A DNA stretch of 64,000 nucleotides from Camelus dromedarius (Eukaryota): NCBI RefSeq assembly GCF_036321535.1, contig NC_087438.1, positions 8,000,001-8,064,000 on the forward strand, written 5' to 3'. Below the pieces are notes generated by a model that saw nothing but the letters and a program-made list of their open reading frames with translations, searched no databases and was not told the DNA's origin. The translations under genes and the position numbers were made by a program. Of the stretch, positions 1 through 13,471 are shown in pieces; within the stretch, counting starts at the first letter, position 1, and each line of letters opens with the position of its first letter.

Positions 1-3000
1 TTCAAGATATTGAGAACAAAATTGTACTTCACCAGAAAAAAGAAATAGTAATTCCCCTAAGAATTCTGGAAGTAGATAAATATGTTCCAACACTCACAGG
101 AGAAAACATATTTTCTTCCTCTGTCCCTTGATGGTGTAAATCTTACCCTGTGTTTAAAAATGTAAAAACAGCTTACAATCACCTGAGAAGGAAAGAAAAA
201 AGGGGAAAAAAGCCTTTTTAAACACAAACTGAACTGCTGAAGTGCTCTCGTGCTCAAACTCTAAACCACAGCCTCCTCGAGACTGCGCGTCAAGGGCAAA
301 TACAAATCTTAAGTCTTCTCCACAAATAGTAAAAGAGTTTAGCCATCTCAATGAGTAAATTTAGTTTATTCCAAGTGTTCCTTACAAATAAATGAATTTT
401 ATTTTGTACCTGATTCATGGCTAAAATTTTTAAATGAAAGTTAAGAGATCTCAGGTTGTGTCTGTCCGTGTGTCTACTTACATACATTTGAGGTATGGTG
501 TTTTTTCTACCTTCAGATGGTATTGCCAAAATTATTTTGTAAAAGAGCTTTATTTAATTGGCTTAAAAGCAAAGAGGCACTAAATGAAAGAGAAACTAAC
601 CCAAATGCTTTTCAAGTTCACATGTTCTAAGGTCAATCTTTAGTAAATTGAAGCTAGTTTAAGGATGTTGGTTTAATTAAAACAGGTATACTTTTAAAAT
701 TATCAGCAATGAATATAATGCAAACAGGCACCTTTTATGATACTTGAGTTTATTAATCATATAAGTTCACGTTACAAAATTGGTCAGCACAAACAGTAAC
801 TTGGTATGATGAAACGTTCATAAGTAATCTAAAGCTAACTGTTGAGGACAAATTAAATAGATGTAAGTAGGATAAAGATTTTTAGGTGAACTTTTAAAAA
901 TGACTGTTTCATGTTTTATTTGGGTGATTAGTTTTAAGACTACTTAAGATTCAAAACTACTTAAAAGTAGTCACCCAAATCTCTTTGACAACTTACACTA
1001 TTAGAAATTTTGATAAGTTAAATTAAATGACAGAATTCCATTGACTATCTAGATCATTTTTAAAAAAGATAAAATACTGTAACATTAATTCCTCAACATA
1101 GATTTATCTACTTTTGGCTCCCTCTCACAGAAGAAATAAACATGTTTGGATCTGTTAGTAAACATGTTTTATGACACTAAAAATTTTTCCATAAAAAGGA
1201 CATGTTTCTACAAATTATAAAGAGTATTTATGTTTGCTAATCCACAGAATGTTAGGGTAAAAGATACTTCATAATTGTTTGCTTTTTAATTTTCACTAGA
1301 AATTAAAGGTTTTTAAGGGTTAAAAAATTCTAATATATGTCATTAAAGCTCCTATAAATAATAAGGGAGACAATTCTGTATGCAAGGAAAATAAAATATA
1401 TTTTGGGATAAGAAAAGGTATGAGGTAAGCAGATACATTTTGCTGAGCAAAAAGAAAGTAATAAAGCTGGTTATTTTAAGAATGAGAATCTGCAAATCCC
1501 AAACTCCCAATTTATCGCTCCACACCTCCCCCTTTCAGCCCTGGTAACCACAAGTTTGTTTTCTACATTTGTGAGTCTGTGTCTGATATTAACTACTATA
1601 TATAAAATACATAAATAACAAGGTCCTGCTGTATAGCGCAGGGAACTATATTCAATACCTTGTAAAAGCCTATAATAAAAAAGAATACAGAAAGGAGTAC
1701 ATATGTATATATGTATAACTGAATCACTATGCTATACACCAGAAATTACCACAATGTTGTAAACTGACAATGCATCAATAAAGATAAATATTAAAAAAAA
1801 AGAAGAATGGGAAAAAGAACAAGGGACAAACTAAAAAGACATAGAAAGTTAAAGAAGGTTTATGGAAAAGGAATCTTGGGGAAGGAATTTTATATGTGAT
1901 CAAGCTGGATAAGATTAAATGAATTTGTTATAAGGGTTTTAAAAATAAGTTACTATCAGTAGGTTGTTATGTAAAAGTGGAATTTAATTTTTTTATCTGC
2001 AGAAGGGACAAAGTTTGTTCGGACTATTGGTCTGCTCCTGACAAGCAATTATAAAGGTTTTCTTTACCTTTTAATGTAATCTGCCTATAAACAAAACAAA
2101 ACAAAAACAAAGATTCTATGTTTTATCAAAATGATTTTCTGTGTTTGCTGTCTTCGTCAGGCCTTTGATTACATTAGTACCAAGCCTTTTCAATACTAAA
2201 AGAGCTAAGGCTTTTTGCAACTATTTAACTTTCTGAATTTTCCTAGGATGTCTTTGTCACTTTAGTTAATAGATAACTAAGCATTGTTTCACAGTCATTT
2301 TTGATCCTATTTGACCAACTGCTTTAAAGCCTTTTGATATTTTGACAAACTTCCCCAAATCAAATTCTACTTTAACTCTTATTAACTTGAAAATAACTTT
2401 GGGTTTTCCAGAGGGCCCCTGGAACATTTATAAAATTTTGTTTTCTTTCCTTATAATATAAAAAAGTTAGATGTATTATAAATTAATTAGGTTTACTTGG
2501 CATGTTAAATTACATGGGAAACATTGTCAAATAATAAACCTTCTTAGATTATATTGTATGGGTAGATGTTATTAATGTGAATGTTCTATAAATTGTATAA
2601 AACTCCTAAAATTTGTATATGTTCTGGTATAATGTTATCATTTATAATTCTAGTCATTATCTTAGATATTGTATGTCATAGAAATAACCAAATTTCCTTG
2701 TCAGTTCCCTCATAAGGAATCAGATCTTTAATAATGGATAGTTTAAAGTCTTTTATTACGTATAGTTATCGTTTTGCTGAGATGCTTTTGCAAAAGCTTC
2801 TTGCAAATGTATTTCATCTTCAGAGAAATTCACAAGAATGGATCTAAGAAGTACTCTAGAATACACATTTTTGATAACTTTCAAATAATACTACTGAACT
2901 GGGTAAAAATTCACAAAACCTTAATTTAAAAAAAAAAAACCTTATGGCTTCATAAAACTTCTAACAAAATAACAAGAAAAGAAGAATAATTACATGGGAC

Positions 3001-4505
3001 TGAATGAACTGATGAGGATGATTATAACTTTTTATGTTTTTTTAATTTGAAACTGCTGATTTTGTTTTATTTTGCTTTGTTTTCCCAGATTTAAATAAAT
3101 TTTCTTCTCTTTTCTCTGAAACTATGACTTAGAGCAATTTGGTAAATTATACCGTTGTAAAAGGAATAGGCACAGTTATCTTTTTCCCCCTATCTGATCC
3201 CTCTAAAATTTGGAAAGTCTCAGGGAGTGTTCTTATTTTCTTGGCAATACTGTTATTTACATAAATTCTATAAAAATCCATTCTCCTTAGAACACAGTTG
3301 GAGACTGGTTATATTACCAAAGTTTTGACTAGAATGTCATATTTGAGAGAGATATACATAGATTGAGATATGATCAGACAGCTTCAAGAAATTAAGTCTG
3401 GGTTTATGAAACCAATAAAGCCCCTTGCAAAATTGGCCCGGTATCTTGCTTACAGGGTTCCCAGCAGCCTTACTAGGTCACTAGGGAAGGTCACTTCCTG
3501 GCAGGCTCAGGAAACTCAGGCTATTTTAGAAACCTCAAGAAGAAAGGAATTCACTCAAATCTGTAGGCATTGCAGGCAAAGTCAGATGGCAGATGTTTGG
3601 CTTGATTTCTTACCTTTAAGAGGTTATTAAAAGTTCAACCTGGAGATTTTTTATGGAAAGTTTTAGCAAAACAAATGTAAAAGAGTCTGTATGATCAATT
3701 GTTATTCGTACTGCACTTATGTAAATACTCAGGCCAAGTGTATTGGATCTCGACTTATTTTGCAAACAAATTGTCTTACATTTGGCTATCTTTGGTAAAA
3801 ATGGATGTGACTTTAAAGAAAAAAATTATGTTTCAATAGAAACAATAATATACACTTGTGGATATTAGATTCTAGTTCTATTAAACATCTTTGAAATTTT
3901 GTTTTCCACCTGTAAACTGGACTGGATCATGAATTCTAGTTTCCTCCCATATTTGGCTACAACTCTCTAATTAACATTTCCAGTTTTTTCTCCCATCCTT
4001 TTAACCTGGAATCACTGAGAACTAAGACTGCACTTTTTCCTGATGTCCTATAAACGTGAAGCTAGATGACTTCATTTAAATCCTCAGAGAAGTTGCCACA
4101 ATAGCGTATGTGCAAAGTCTCTTCTTTGTGCCGGTTGCTATGTGAGCCACTCAGAAGTTTGCCTGAACACCTGATGACATCATCAGAGACATTTCACTCT
4201 GCAAAAGATGCTTTGATCTTGACATCTAGAAATCTCTTGTCTAGCTGCCTCTTAGGCTCAGAAACTGGAGCAGAGTCTGATTGGAGCTCCAATCATTAAC
4301 CTTTGTTTTCTTCTGTTTCCACAGATATGTCTCTATTAAATAACTGATGCTTGTGTAATATATTCGACCTGCATCATCGCCTCCTGAAATGACCTGAACT
4401 GACCTACTCTCTAGACTAGGAAAGGGATACAATGAAATAATAGAGCACTGAACCAGCTCAGCTTTCAATATGTGGGACTTCCAACAACAGTTCAGAGGAG
4501 GGAAC
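1..4505 (+). mobile_element. Non-coding internal region of an ERV1-class (MER34/MER4-group-like) provirus, 5' part outside window
   Basis: AT-rich, ORF-less sequence resembling MER4-group internal regions; ends in polypurine tract AGAGGAGGGAAC (4494-4505) immediately before an LTR. Confidence 0.75.
1488..1802 (+). mobile_element. Young L1 3' end with inverted 5' segment (twin-priming type), inserted in the ERV
   Basis: 1488-1585 is the reverse complement of L1 3'UTR; 1586-1802 is sense 3'UTR with AATAAA and A-tail; TSD AAGAATGAGA (1478-1487) / AAGAATGGGA (1803-1812). Confidence 0.85.
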
Positions 4506-4957
4506 TATTGGGGCTCAGGGCAAGCTGCCCCCTAATATGCTAAAGTGGCATATTGATTATTTTGAACTAGAATTACTTAAGAAACAGTGCCAGAAGGACA
4601 CTCTGCCCTTCCCCTCTGTCTCCCTGAAAGTAGGAAATAAACCCCTCTCTCTGCATCAGGGGGTAGAGAGAAAGGGAACTGAGGGCTGAGAAGCCTGTAT
4701 AAACAAATCTTGTTACTTCTTCACTAATTTACGACCCCAAGCCCAAACTTGTCATTCTTCACAGATTTATTGTTTCTTTGTCTAAAAAATATAAAAGTTG
4801 CCTGCTTTGGCCACTTCTTGAGTTCCTTATCTATGAGACTTCCATAGTCCAAATTATTATTTTTTTTCCTCCTGTTAATCTGTCTTGTGTCAATTTAATT
4901 ACTAGATTAGCCAAAAGAACTGAAGAAGGATAGAAGAAATTTTTCTCCTTTCCGGCA
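4506..4957 (+). mobile_element. 3' LTR of the ERV1 provirus (MER34-family-like)
   Basis: Follows the PPT; starts TATTGGGGCTCAG, ends ...CCTTTCCGGCA; shares GATTATTTTGA and TGTTAATCTGTCTT motifs with the LTR at 5716-6262. Confidence 0.75.
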
Positions 4958-4959
4958 CC

Positions 4960-5170
4960 CTATTCAGTAATGTGGATGGACCTCATTCAGTCAATTCCAA
5001 GTCCAATAAGAGTAAAAACTGAGGCTCTCAGAAGTCATTCTGTCTCAGAACTACAGTATTAATCCCTGCCTGATTTCCAGCCTACTGGCCTGTCCTACAA
5101 ATTTCAGACCTGCTGACTACCACGATCACAGGAGACTGTTTCTTAAAAATCACTTTCTCTCTCTCAATGT
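4960..5170 (+). mobile_element. MLT2 (ERVL) LTR fragment
   Basis: TAATGTGGATGGACCTCATTCAGTCA...TTTCCAGCCTACTGGCCTGTCCTACAAATTTCAGAC, similar to the copy at 33600-34005. Confidence 0.7.
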
Positions 5171-5320
5171 ATGTGTGTTTGTATATATAATGTATACTTG
5201 TATCTATACATACGCATATAATATATATGTATGTATGTGTGTATATATATGTGTGTATGTTATATATATATATATGTAATATTGCACATATAATATATAT
5301 ATGCAATATATACATATAAA
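5168..5320. repeat. (TA)/(TG)-rich low-complexity tract
   Basis: Alternating TATATG/TGTA runs seen directly. Confidence 0.85.
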
Positions 5321-5389
5321 GATTAAAAGAAAAAATAGAAATTCTCTATCTCAGATCTTGGATGGTAAATATATTTCATGATGCAGGAA

Positions 5390-6447
5390 GTCAAAAAAGC
5401 TCCCAGGCTCCCTCCCTGTCCTGTCCTTACACTTATTCCTTACATCATGAGGTGGAGTCCTTCCCCATGGGTCAGGCTAAGTGATTTGCCTGCATTTATA
5501 AGAATATGGCTCTGAGGTCAGGTCATAATAAGCCCTGCAGCTTCCACCTCTGTCTCTGGGGATGTTTACTCTTCGGCAAGTCCTCTTGGGTCCCAGCCAC
5601 TTTGCTGAGAGAGCCCAAGCCACATGGCATAGGTGTTCCAGCCAACTATCCAGGCTGAGCTTCTAGTCGGCAACCTGCATCAGTTGCCAGCACGAGAGTG
5701 CAGCATCTCAGAGGCTGAAGGGTAGCAGAGTGTGCTCCCCCAGAACAGGTTGCCTTGGTATAAGGATTATTTTGAGTCGATTATTTTTGAAAAATGATAG
5801 ATACAGGAGAAGCTCTGAAAATGGAGTAGAAGTTACCCTTTTGTAATAGACATTTACATTTATAAAGGAAATCTGTATTTGTAAGGGTGTCTCCCTCTCT
5901 GTACCAGGAAGAGAAAGATGACTAAATTACAATAAACTGATCAATGGAGAAGGCAAAGACTTCAAATCTACATAACCTTATTATTCTTATTTGCCATACT
6001 TTTCCTGGTACCCTCCCACAGCTGACCATCCCCACCCCCCCCCCACACACCATTTTTTGTCTTTCACTGAATATAGTATTTAAGTGGTGGCTTGGGCCTT
6101 CTTACTGAGTTACTCATTTTTCCTGGGGATCTTCCACGTAGACATGAAGTATACATGCTAATAAACTTTTTTTTTTCTTTTGTTAATCTGTCTTTTATTA
6201 CCAGGGGTGGGGGCAGTTTCAGCCAATAACTGTAGAGGTTAAATTATTTTTCCTCCTCTACAACATCCAGTCCTGTAAAGCCAATACATAATGGCAGTCC
6301 CACCAGCCTCTCACTAAATCCTCATGAAGACATCCAAGAGAAATTCCACCTAAGCCCAGTCTACCCAGAGAACCAAGAGGGTATGATACATTGTTTTAAG
6401 CCACTAAATTTTGTGGTAGTTTCTTATAAGGCAACAGGTAGCTACAG
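5390..6447 (+). mobile_element. MLT1 (ERVL-MaLR) LTR split by a MER34A-like LTR
   Basis: MaLR motifs at 5390-5715 resume at 6263 and end with TTGTTTTAAGCCACTAAATTTTGTGGTAG...AGCTACA. Confidence 0.7.
5716..6262 (+). mobile_element. MER34A-like ERV1 solo LTR
   Basis: TG...CA termini; AAGGATTATTTTGAG, GAAGTTACCCTTTTGTAA and GGGTGTCTCCCTCTCTG motifs; internal AATAAA. Confidence 0.8.
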
Positions 6448-6759
6448 CCTGTAAGAAGAGCTTTTGTCATTCTGTTCTTAAGACACTTTGCATTTGTACC
6501 AACCAAGGACACTCTTCAAAGGACTTAATGAAACACCCAGACAACAAAAATTTTGAAACTATCAAGAGGAGAATGAAATATATCCAAACAGCACCTTGAT
6601 TTTGTCAAATTCTTTCCCAATGGACAGAAATAAAATGTCTAGAAAGAACCATTCTGAGATCATCAGTCTGTTGTTGAGAACCCAGAAGACAGTGTTAATG
6701 GACCTGGCTCCTCTGCACCGAGACTTGGGCCTGGAGGGGAGTTCATCGCTTAGGCTTTT

Positions 6760-7085
6760 TCATTAATATTTTTAAACACACTATACTGTGTATATTTTTA
6801 ATATATTTATATTAATATATACACATATATTTTAAATATATTAAACCATTTATACTTTGATATTTATACTTACAGTAATTAATACATTAATTAAATTATA
6901 TAAATATTTTACTGTGTATTAATATTTCTATTAAATATACTATGCTTTGAATATATTAAAAATATTTTATATTTTATAATATAAAGTATGTTATATAGTT
7001 ATTATATAAGATATAAATAAAATATATTATAAAATAATAAATATAAAATAAATTAATAAATATATGTATTTTTTACTAATACTTT
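6760..7085. repeat. Extremely AT-rich low-complexity region
   Basis: Almost only A/T for about 320 bp. Confidence 0.9.
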
Positions 7086-7095
7086 AAACACACGC

Positions 7096-7604
7096 TATTG
7101 CATAAATTTTAACCTTTCTGTATGTTATGATGCTTTGACATCTTAAGAAAGCTTCCTGGTGGGGAGAGAATGTCCCTTCTTGGGGCTCCCGGTTCTTAGA
7201 GCAGCAAAGGATCCAGCAAACCAACCCAGGGTCATACCTCTTCTGTACGGCCTGTGCATGCCAGGATGCTGATATTAAGGCAATAGCCCCCTGCCTTAAC
7301 CATCCCAGGGCCAGGTGCCAGGCCACTAGGGACCACCCCTCTACTTGAAAGCCCACTGCAATTACTCCCCCTGGCCAGTCCTGAGCTGCTCACTCCACCC
7401 TGCCCTGCTTTCCCACAGAGACCCCAACAGAGGCTGTGGCCAGGGTGCCACCCTTCTGTCCTCTACCTCCTGACCACTCTGGTGTCTCCGCACAGCCCTG
7501 TGTGCTGGGCTGGGCCTTTTGTCCCTCGGACCTGAGAGTAGGACAGAGCCTCTCCTCTGTCTCCTCATGTGGCTGATCACCTCACAAAAGAATGAAAAAC
7601 ACAC
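7096..7604 (+). mobile_element. MER74-like ERVL solo LTR
   Basis: GATGCTTTGACATCTT, GCAAACCAACC and CCAGGGCCAGGTGCCAGGCCACTAGGGAC match my recollection of MER74. Confidence 0.7.
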
Positions 7605-10137
7605 ACTCTTTTAACCCACTTAGAAACTGTCTTAAAATGGAGACACTGCAAATTCTACCGGACTTCTCCACCTCATCTGTGTCTCTCTCCCTGGTACCTA
7701 GTTACACTGAGCTGCTTCATTTCAAGAAGAGATGGCCCTTTCTTGAGTGACGTGTGCATGTCTAATATTTACTGCTTGAAGTGTGTCACCGGGAGTGAGG
7801 GAAAGAAGACAAGAATAAGAAGCAAGAGCACAGCAGGTGTACAAACGGGTTTTACGCAGACAACGACTCACTCGTGCAGAGCGGTGACAAGGACAAAATG
7901 ATATCTCCTGGTGGTCAGACCTCTCTGGAAGGTCTGGCCCAGAGAGCCATTCAAGTAACAAATGACCACTGTAACTACATAAAATATGACACATTTTAAA
8001 AGTGTTACTTCTTCTAATGGCTCTAACTTACAACCTAAAAAGGGGGGCTTGAAAAAACCCCAAGGACTCAAGTGAAAACCCAATGAGAAAGCAAGATAAC
8101 TAATTTTTTAATATAAAATATTTAAAATATCATGTAATTTGGATTTTTAATGTATAAAAAAAGGATAAGCAATAATCTGAAAAAAAATAATAAACCAGCA
8201 AGGTGACAAGGAGTATGATGTTACCGACAACCAGGAAGGAAGTAACAGTAAATTTAGTGTTACTGGGAAGTGGAATAGATGAGTCAGTGGGTGAAGAATT
8301 AAGCCACATAAAGGCTATTAAATTAATTCTGACACACCCCTAATTACAAGTAGCCTAAGACCAGGGTGCTGAAGATTTGAACTGTCCTTGGCACATACAT
8401 CTTGGAGGGACGGGCCTGGCTCCGAGAGCAGGTTGATGCGGGTGGAGGTGTGTCATTTTCAGTGTGGTACACAGCCATGGTCTTATACTTTACCTTGGCC
8501 CAGAGAGGATTTTAGGGTGGTTTCATTTAACAAAAATTTAAAAATTAAAATTATGGCTCTAAATATGGAGGCAAACGACCCAGGAAGCACTAGAAGCAAG
8601 GCCATGGCCACGGCCATGTGTCCGTCCTGGACTTTCACAACCCAGGACGTCTCTAGGCTCTGCCCCAGAGAGAAAGGCGGGGGTAAGGCCGAGCCTCTTT
8701 ATATTCTGGGAGTTCCTTCCCCGAGAGCCTGCTGATAGAATGCTTCATTTGTTATTTGTTGTGCGCTGACACCGTGCTTGGGATCTGGCAGGCTACCCAG
8801 TGTCCTCCCGGGTGGCTGGCAAGGGAGACTGACAAACACCCACTGGTAAAAGCCATCAGCTGAAAAGGCAGTTAACTCTCTCAAGGACAGAGTTACTTAG
8901 CATTTTCATTTGGCCTCTGTCTCAGACATTGAAGCAGCCTCTCGGGATCCTGCTGGACAGACCAAGGCCCATTTGTTTCTCCAGCTTTGGGGTGGGACAC
9001 CCTAAGGACAAACAGACTCTACCTCTAGGCTCTCCCCACCCCCAAGCCAGATACAGAATGTGTGGGGACCTCCAGCGGGCTTCGGTCTTTCCAACCTACA
9101 ACTAGTGTTGGCAAATGGGGAAGAAAGAAGAAGTGTGGGATCTAATGGATTTTGCAGCTACATCTGCAAATGAATTGGCTCACACTTTTCCTCCCTGAAA
9201 GCCAAACTAGAGGTAAAATACTAGAATGATACAACATAAAACAATGCAGTGACTACCCAGACCAGCAATGGTGGACAACTATTTAAAAGTAAAAAAATCT
9301 ATGTCAAAGGTCAAAGTTAACCAAGAAATCCAGGTGTGTTAGAACGTACCCCAAGTGCTGATTATTTATGTCAGTTCATCTATGAAAGATGGCAATTTTC
9401 AAGGGCACTTTCTTACATTCACAGGCTGATTTTCCTGATCCCTCCAACTCTTTTCAGCAACAGAGGTTTAAAAACAAAACAAAACAAAACTATTCCTTGA
9501 AAAAAAGACTTTCCCATATGAGTCGTTTTATTTACATATGGCCTGTGATGTTCCAGCAGGAGCTTCTGATGGCTTTTCCAAAAACAACATTTCCGAGGTG
9601 AAGGAAATCCTGACGCCCATGTAGTCCAGCTTCCACCTGATACGTGAACTCAGACTGCAGAATAATTTTCAGTGTGTGTGTTTGACAGAGAACACCTCTT
9701 CCAGTTGGCCCGTTTCCATCTGAGGGTAATTCTGCTCTAAATTTTCTTTTTATATTGACCCCACCTCTGGGTCTAACTCATCTGGTTCTATCTCCAACTT
9801 CCAGATGCCTTTCAAGATGTCTAAAATCTCTCTCTCATGCTGGCCCATTTAGTATTTAAAATACAGCAATCCAGGAGGATGGTTAAAGAATGCTGTTACA
9901 GCCACAGAGTAGACTATTTAAAGTCATTAAAAGTTATGTTTAAATAATACATGTAATAACATGTAAAAATGTTCATGAAATGATATTCAATGGAAAACAA
10001 AACAAAACAAAACAAGGTCTAAACCTATACAGCAGATAGAATCACAAATGTGAGTGTAGGTGTATTGCATTGTGTGTGTGTAGATGTATGGGGGGGGTGA
10101 AAGAGAAGAGAGAAAGAATGAATAAGAAAACTAAGAG

Positions 10138-10343
10138 TTGAGAATTGTGGATACTAACTACTATATATAACATAGATAAACAATGAAGTCCTACTGAATA
10201 GCACAGGGCATTTTATTCAATACCTATGATAAAGAAGAATATGAAAAGGAATATGTTTATATATATGTAAAACTGAATCACTCTGCTGTACACCAGAAAT
10301 TGACACAACATTCTAAATCGACTATACGTCAATAAAAAAAGAA
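10138..10343 (+). mobile_element. Young 5'-truncated L1 3' tail
   Basis: L1 3'UTR plus A-tail, with perfect 14-bp TSD AAGAAAACTAAGAG (10124-10137 / 10344-10357). Confidence 0.9.
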
Positions 10344-10532
10344 AAGAAAACTAAGAGAAATTTAAGAACACTGGGAGGATGAATGAACACTGCTACTGAT
10401 GGTGGCATGATGAGTCACTTTTAAAATACTTCTTAGCATTTTCTAATATGAGCCTTGAATTCAGAACTTTGTAATTGTTGCATGCCTCTCTGTTCTCACA
10501 CCCACTCCATACCCTTCGTATCTACTTACATC

Positions 10533-10775
10533 AAATTGGGAGTTCGAGATTCGCAGATACTAACTACTATCTATAACACAGATAAACAACAAGTTCCTTC
10601 TGTATAGCACAGGGAACTATATTTACTATCTTGTAGTGACCTATAGTGAGAAAGAAGATGAAAACAAATACATGTACGTATATGGATGACTGAAACATTA
10701 TGCTGTACACCAGAAATTAACCCAACATTATAAACTGACTAGACTTCAATTAAAAAACAAACGAAAAAACAAAAC
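10533..10775 (+). mobile_element. Young 5'-truncated L1 3' tail
   Basis: GGGAGTTCGAGATT...TATAGCACAGGGAACTAT...GCTGTACACCAGAAATT plus A-rich tail; no clear TSD. Confidence 0.85.
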
Positions 10776-11182
10776 CAAGTCTTCCTCATCTGGCGTGATT
10801 CTGAGTACTCTCTCCTCTCCTCTGAACACACTCTAATCTGCCTCTTTCAGGAGCTGCCAAAGCTGGACACAGTGTCCCAGCTGCGATGTTACTGGTGCAC
10901 TGGTGCAGGTGGAGTGGATATGGTCCCCCTTGCCCTGGGCGGGGTCTTTCCAGGCATCTGATATCATGTTCCCTCGGGCGGCTTGTCTTCTGAAATCTCA
11001 TGTTTACCTTTCAATCAACTAAACGGAGATGATGTTCTTTTTGAAAAATGGGTTGCTAACAGAATTTTTGGTCAGTCCCTATTCTTAGTTCCCCATCACC
11101 GAAATGGCTGACTGAAATAGTCCCTTCAATCATTTGTTCTAAAACACAAGGGGAATTACCCATTTTCTAAAGGGTAGTTACT

Positions 11183-11651
11183 TGATGGCATAGGTTGAAT
11201 TCTGTATTTTTTGTTTTGTTAATACGTTGAAGTCTTACCCCCCAGAACCTGTGAGTGTGACCTCATTTGGAAATAGGGTTTTTGCAGATGGAATACTGTT
11301 GTGAGGTCATCCTGATTAGGGTGGGCTCTCATTCAATGACTAGTATTATTATAAGAGAGAAATCTGGACCCAGAGACACTCACAGAGAGAAGACCATGTG
11401 AGGATGGACACAGGGGACACTATGTGACTACAGAGGCAGGGTTTGTAGTGGTGTGTCTACAAGCCAAGGGACACCAAGGAGTGCAAGCACCAGAAGCTGG
11501 GATCCTCCCCTAGAGCCTTCGGAGAAAGTATGGCTCTGCTGACACCTTGATCTCAGACTTCCAGCCTCTGAACTGCGAGACAATAAATTTCTGTTTCAAG
11601 CCACCCAAGTTGGTGGTAATTTTTTATGGCCATTGTGAGGAAACAACTACA
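11183..11651 (+). mobile_element. MLT1B/C-like MaLR solo LTR
   Basis: GTGACCTCATTTGGAAATAGGG and GACACCTTGATCTCAGACTTCCAGCCTC motifs; AATAAA; TG...CA ends. Confidence 0.85.
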
Positions 11652-11849
11652 TTTGGGAAAATATCATGATATAAATTTTTATAATCAACATCTTCTTAAA
11701 TGATAAACAATGTCTTTACTTTAGAAAATATTTTTTAAAGAAAAATATTTAAATTGTGATTATTTTGAGGATTTAATTTAGGTATCTCATCTAATGTCCT
11801 CTTCCTGATTTTCTAACAATGAAGTAAAACTGGATTTAACCAAGTAATA

Positions 11850-12400
11850 ATAATACTTAAAACTGTCCACATATACTGAATGCTCATGGTGTGCCAGGCA
11901 TTATGCTGAAACTTGTATATACGTCCTGCAAATGCATATGCACACACATATGCAGGTCTTACACACACGTTTTTAATATGTCTTTTACACAAACACACAC
12001 ATTTAATATTCTATCTAGGGAACCAGCAAACCTCTTTGATTAAGAAGCAGATAAATGTTTTAGGCTTTGCTGGCCGCACAGTTCCCATTGCAATGACTCA
12101 ACTTTGCAACTCAAGCTCAGAAGCAGCCACAGAAAAAATGTACAAAATGGGCGTGGCTGTGTCCCAATGAAATTTTATTTATAAAAACAGGTGGCGGCTG
12201 GAATTCGTTCTTGGGCTCTAGTTTGCTGACCACTTTGAAGAAGATAATAATGTTTTTATTGGTTCACAGGTGAGAGAACTGAGGCTAGAAGTTAAAAACT
12301 TTATGCAGAGTCACACAGTTACAACAGGGGGTGCTCTGGAGTCCCAACCAGACATCAGATCTTCAGAAACTCCTGTTGTAATTACTCAGCGACACTGCCT
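11850..12400. mobile_element. MIR remnant interrupted by a MER58A-like hAT MITE (about 12015-12235)
   Basis: MER58 motifs TTTAGGCTTTGC and GGGCGTGGCTGTGTCCCAATGAAATTTTATTTATAAAAACAGGTGGC; MIR core ACAGGTGAGAGAACTGAGGCT. Confidence 0.7.
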
Positions 12401-13471
12401 CATCTCACAGTCAAGAACAATTCCATACTTCCCTCAAAAGTATATTAATTAAATAACAGTCTTAAAGGAACTTTCTGATGACAATATTATCTTGGCAGAA
12501 AGAAATGTAACAATATGTTAGAAGCAAAATAAAGACAAGCTAAATATTATCAAATCAAAAAAGAAACTGCTGTAAGTGTTCTAAAGAACATATAGATATG
12601 TCAGAGAAGATTTAGACAATTTCTATTAAGGTTCCGGGTTATTGATCGTTAGTGTCTCAAACAGTCTATACATCAGACCACAGAGCAATAATGTAAATGA
12701 AAAAGGAGAGAAAAAAGAAATTTAAGGGAATCTGTAAAAGCGTGATGCACATCTCAACATTTCTGTTGGTTTTCCAGGTGGAAAAAAAAAAAAAAAGCAA
12801 TTCAAGGGATTTTTTAAAGTTCAAGAAGACAAAGAAGAAGAAGGAACAGTGAGGTGTGATGCCCCCTCCTTTGACTGGACAGCTGCTCCCTCTGTAAAGG
12901 ACCTCGGTACAGCAAGTCCTCTGAACACTCAGTGCCTGGCAGGTCTTTATTCTCCCAGACTCTCTAGCAGTGTTCAACCGGGTGTCAAGCCATTCTCCTT
13001 AGAAGACATGACAACATTAAATTTTCCAAAATTAGTGGAAAACTCACTCAGCATCACTATATGTAGTCTCTATGTTCAAAAAGAAAAAAGTACCTTTCCT
13101 TTAGCTGGTTCAGGTGGCTCTGATCAAGGAACACGGGAAACCCACCTGACTGATAAGACTTCAGAATGCTTTCTTTATCTAGCTGAGGGATTAAATGACT
13201 GCCTTTTTCTTCTGGTACCCACTGCGTGATGACAACATCTCTCAGATCCTTTGAATTGACAGCTTTGGAGCAAAAGGCATATGACTGCCATTTGAGCTTG
13301 TTTTAATTCTGAGTAGAAAGAATTTATTTCCCAGAATACAGCTTTAGTTGAGCTTGGCAAAACCACACTGGGACGATGGATCCTCGCTTCATTTTCATAA
13401 TTATCATAAATGCATACAGAAGCATAAATAAAGAATAAAGAATTAACTCCAAGCAGATACTTGGGATAGGA

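Larger units (their letters stand above)
9600..10970 (-). mobile_element. Ancient L3/CR1 LINE fragments (about 9600-9870 and 10780-10970) interrupted by L1 insertions
   Basis: Degenerate CR1 motifs (TAGTCCAGC, TTTTATATTGACC, CTCCTCTGAACACACTC). Confidence 0.55.
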
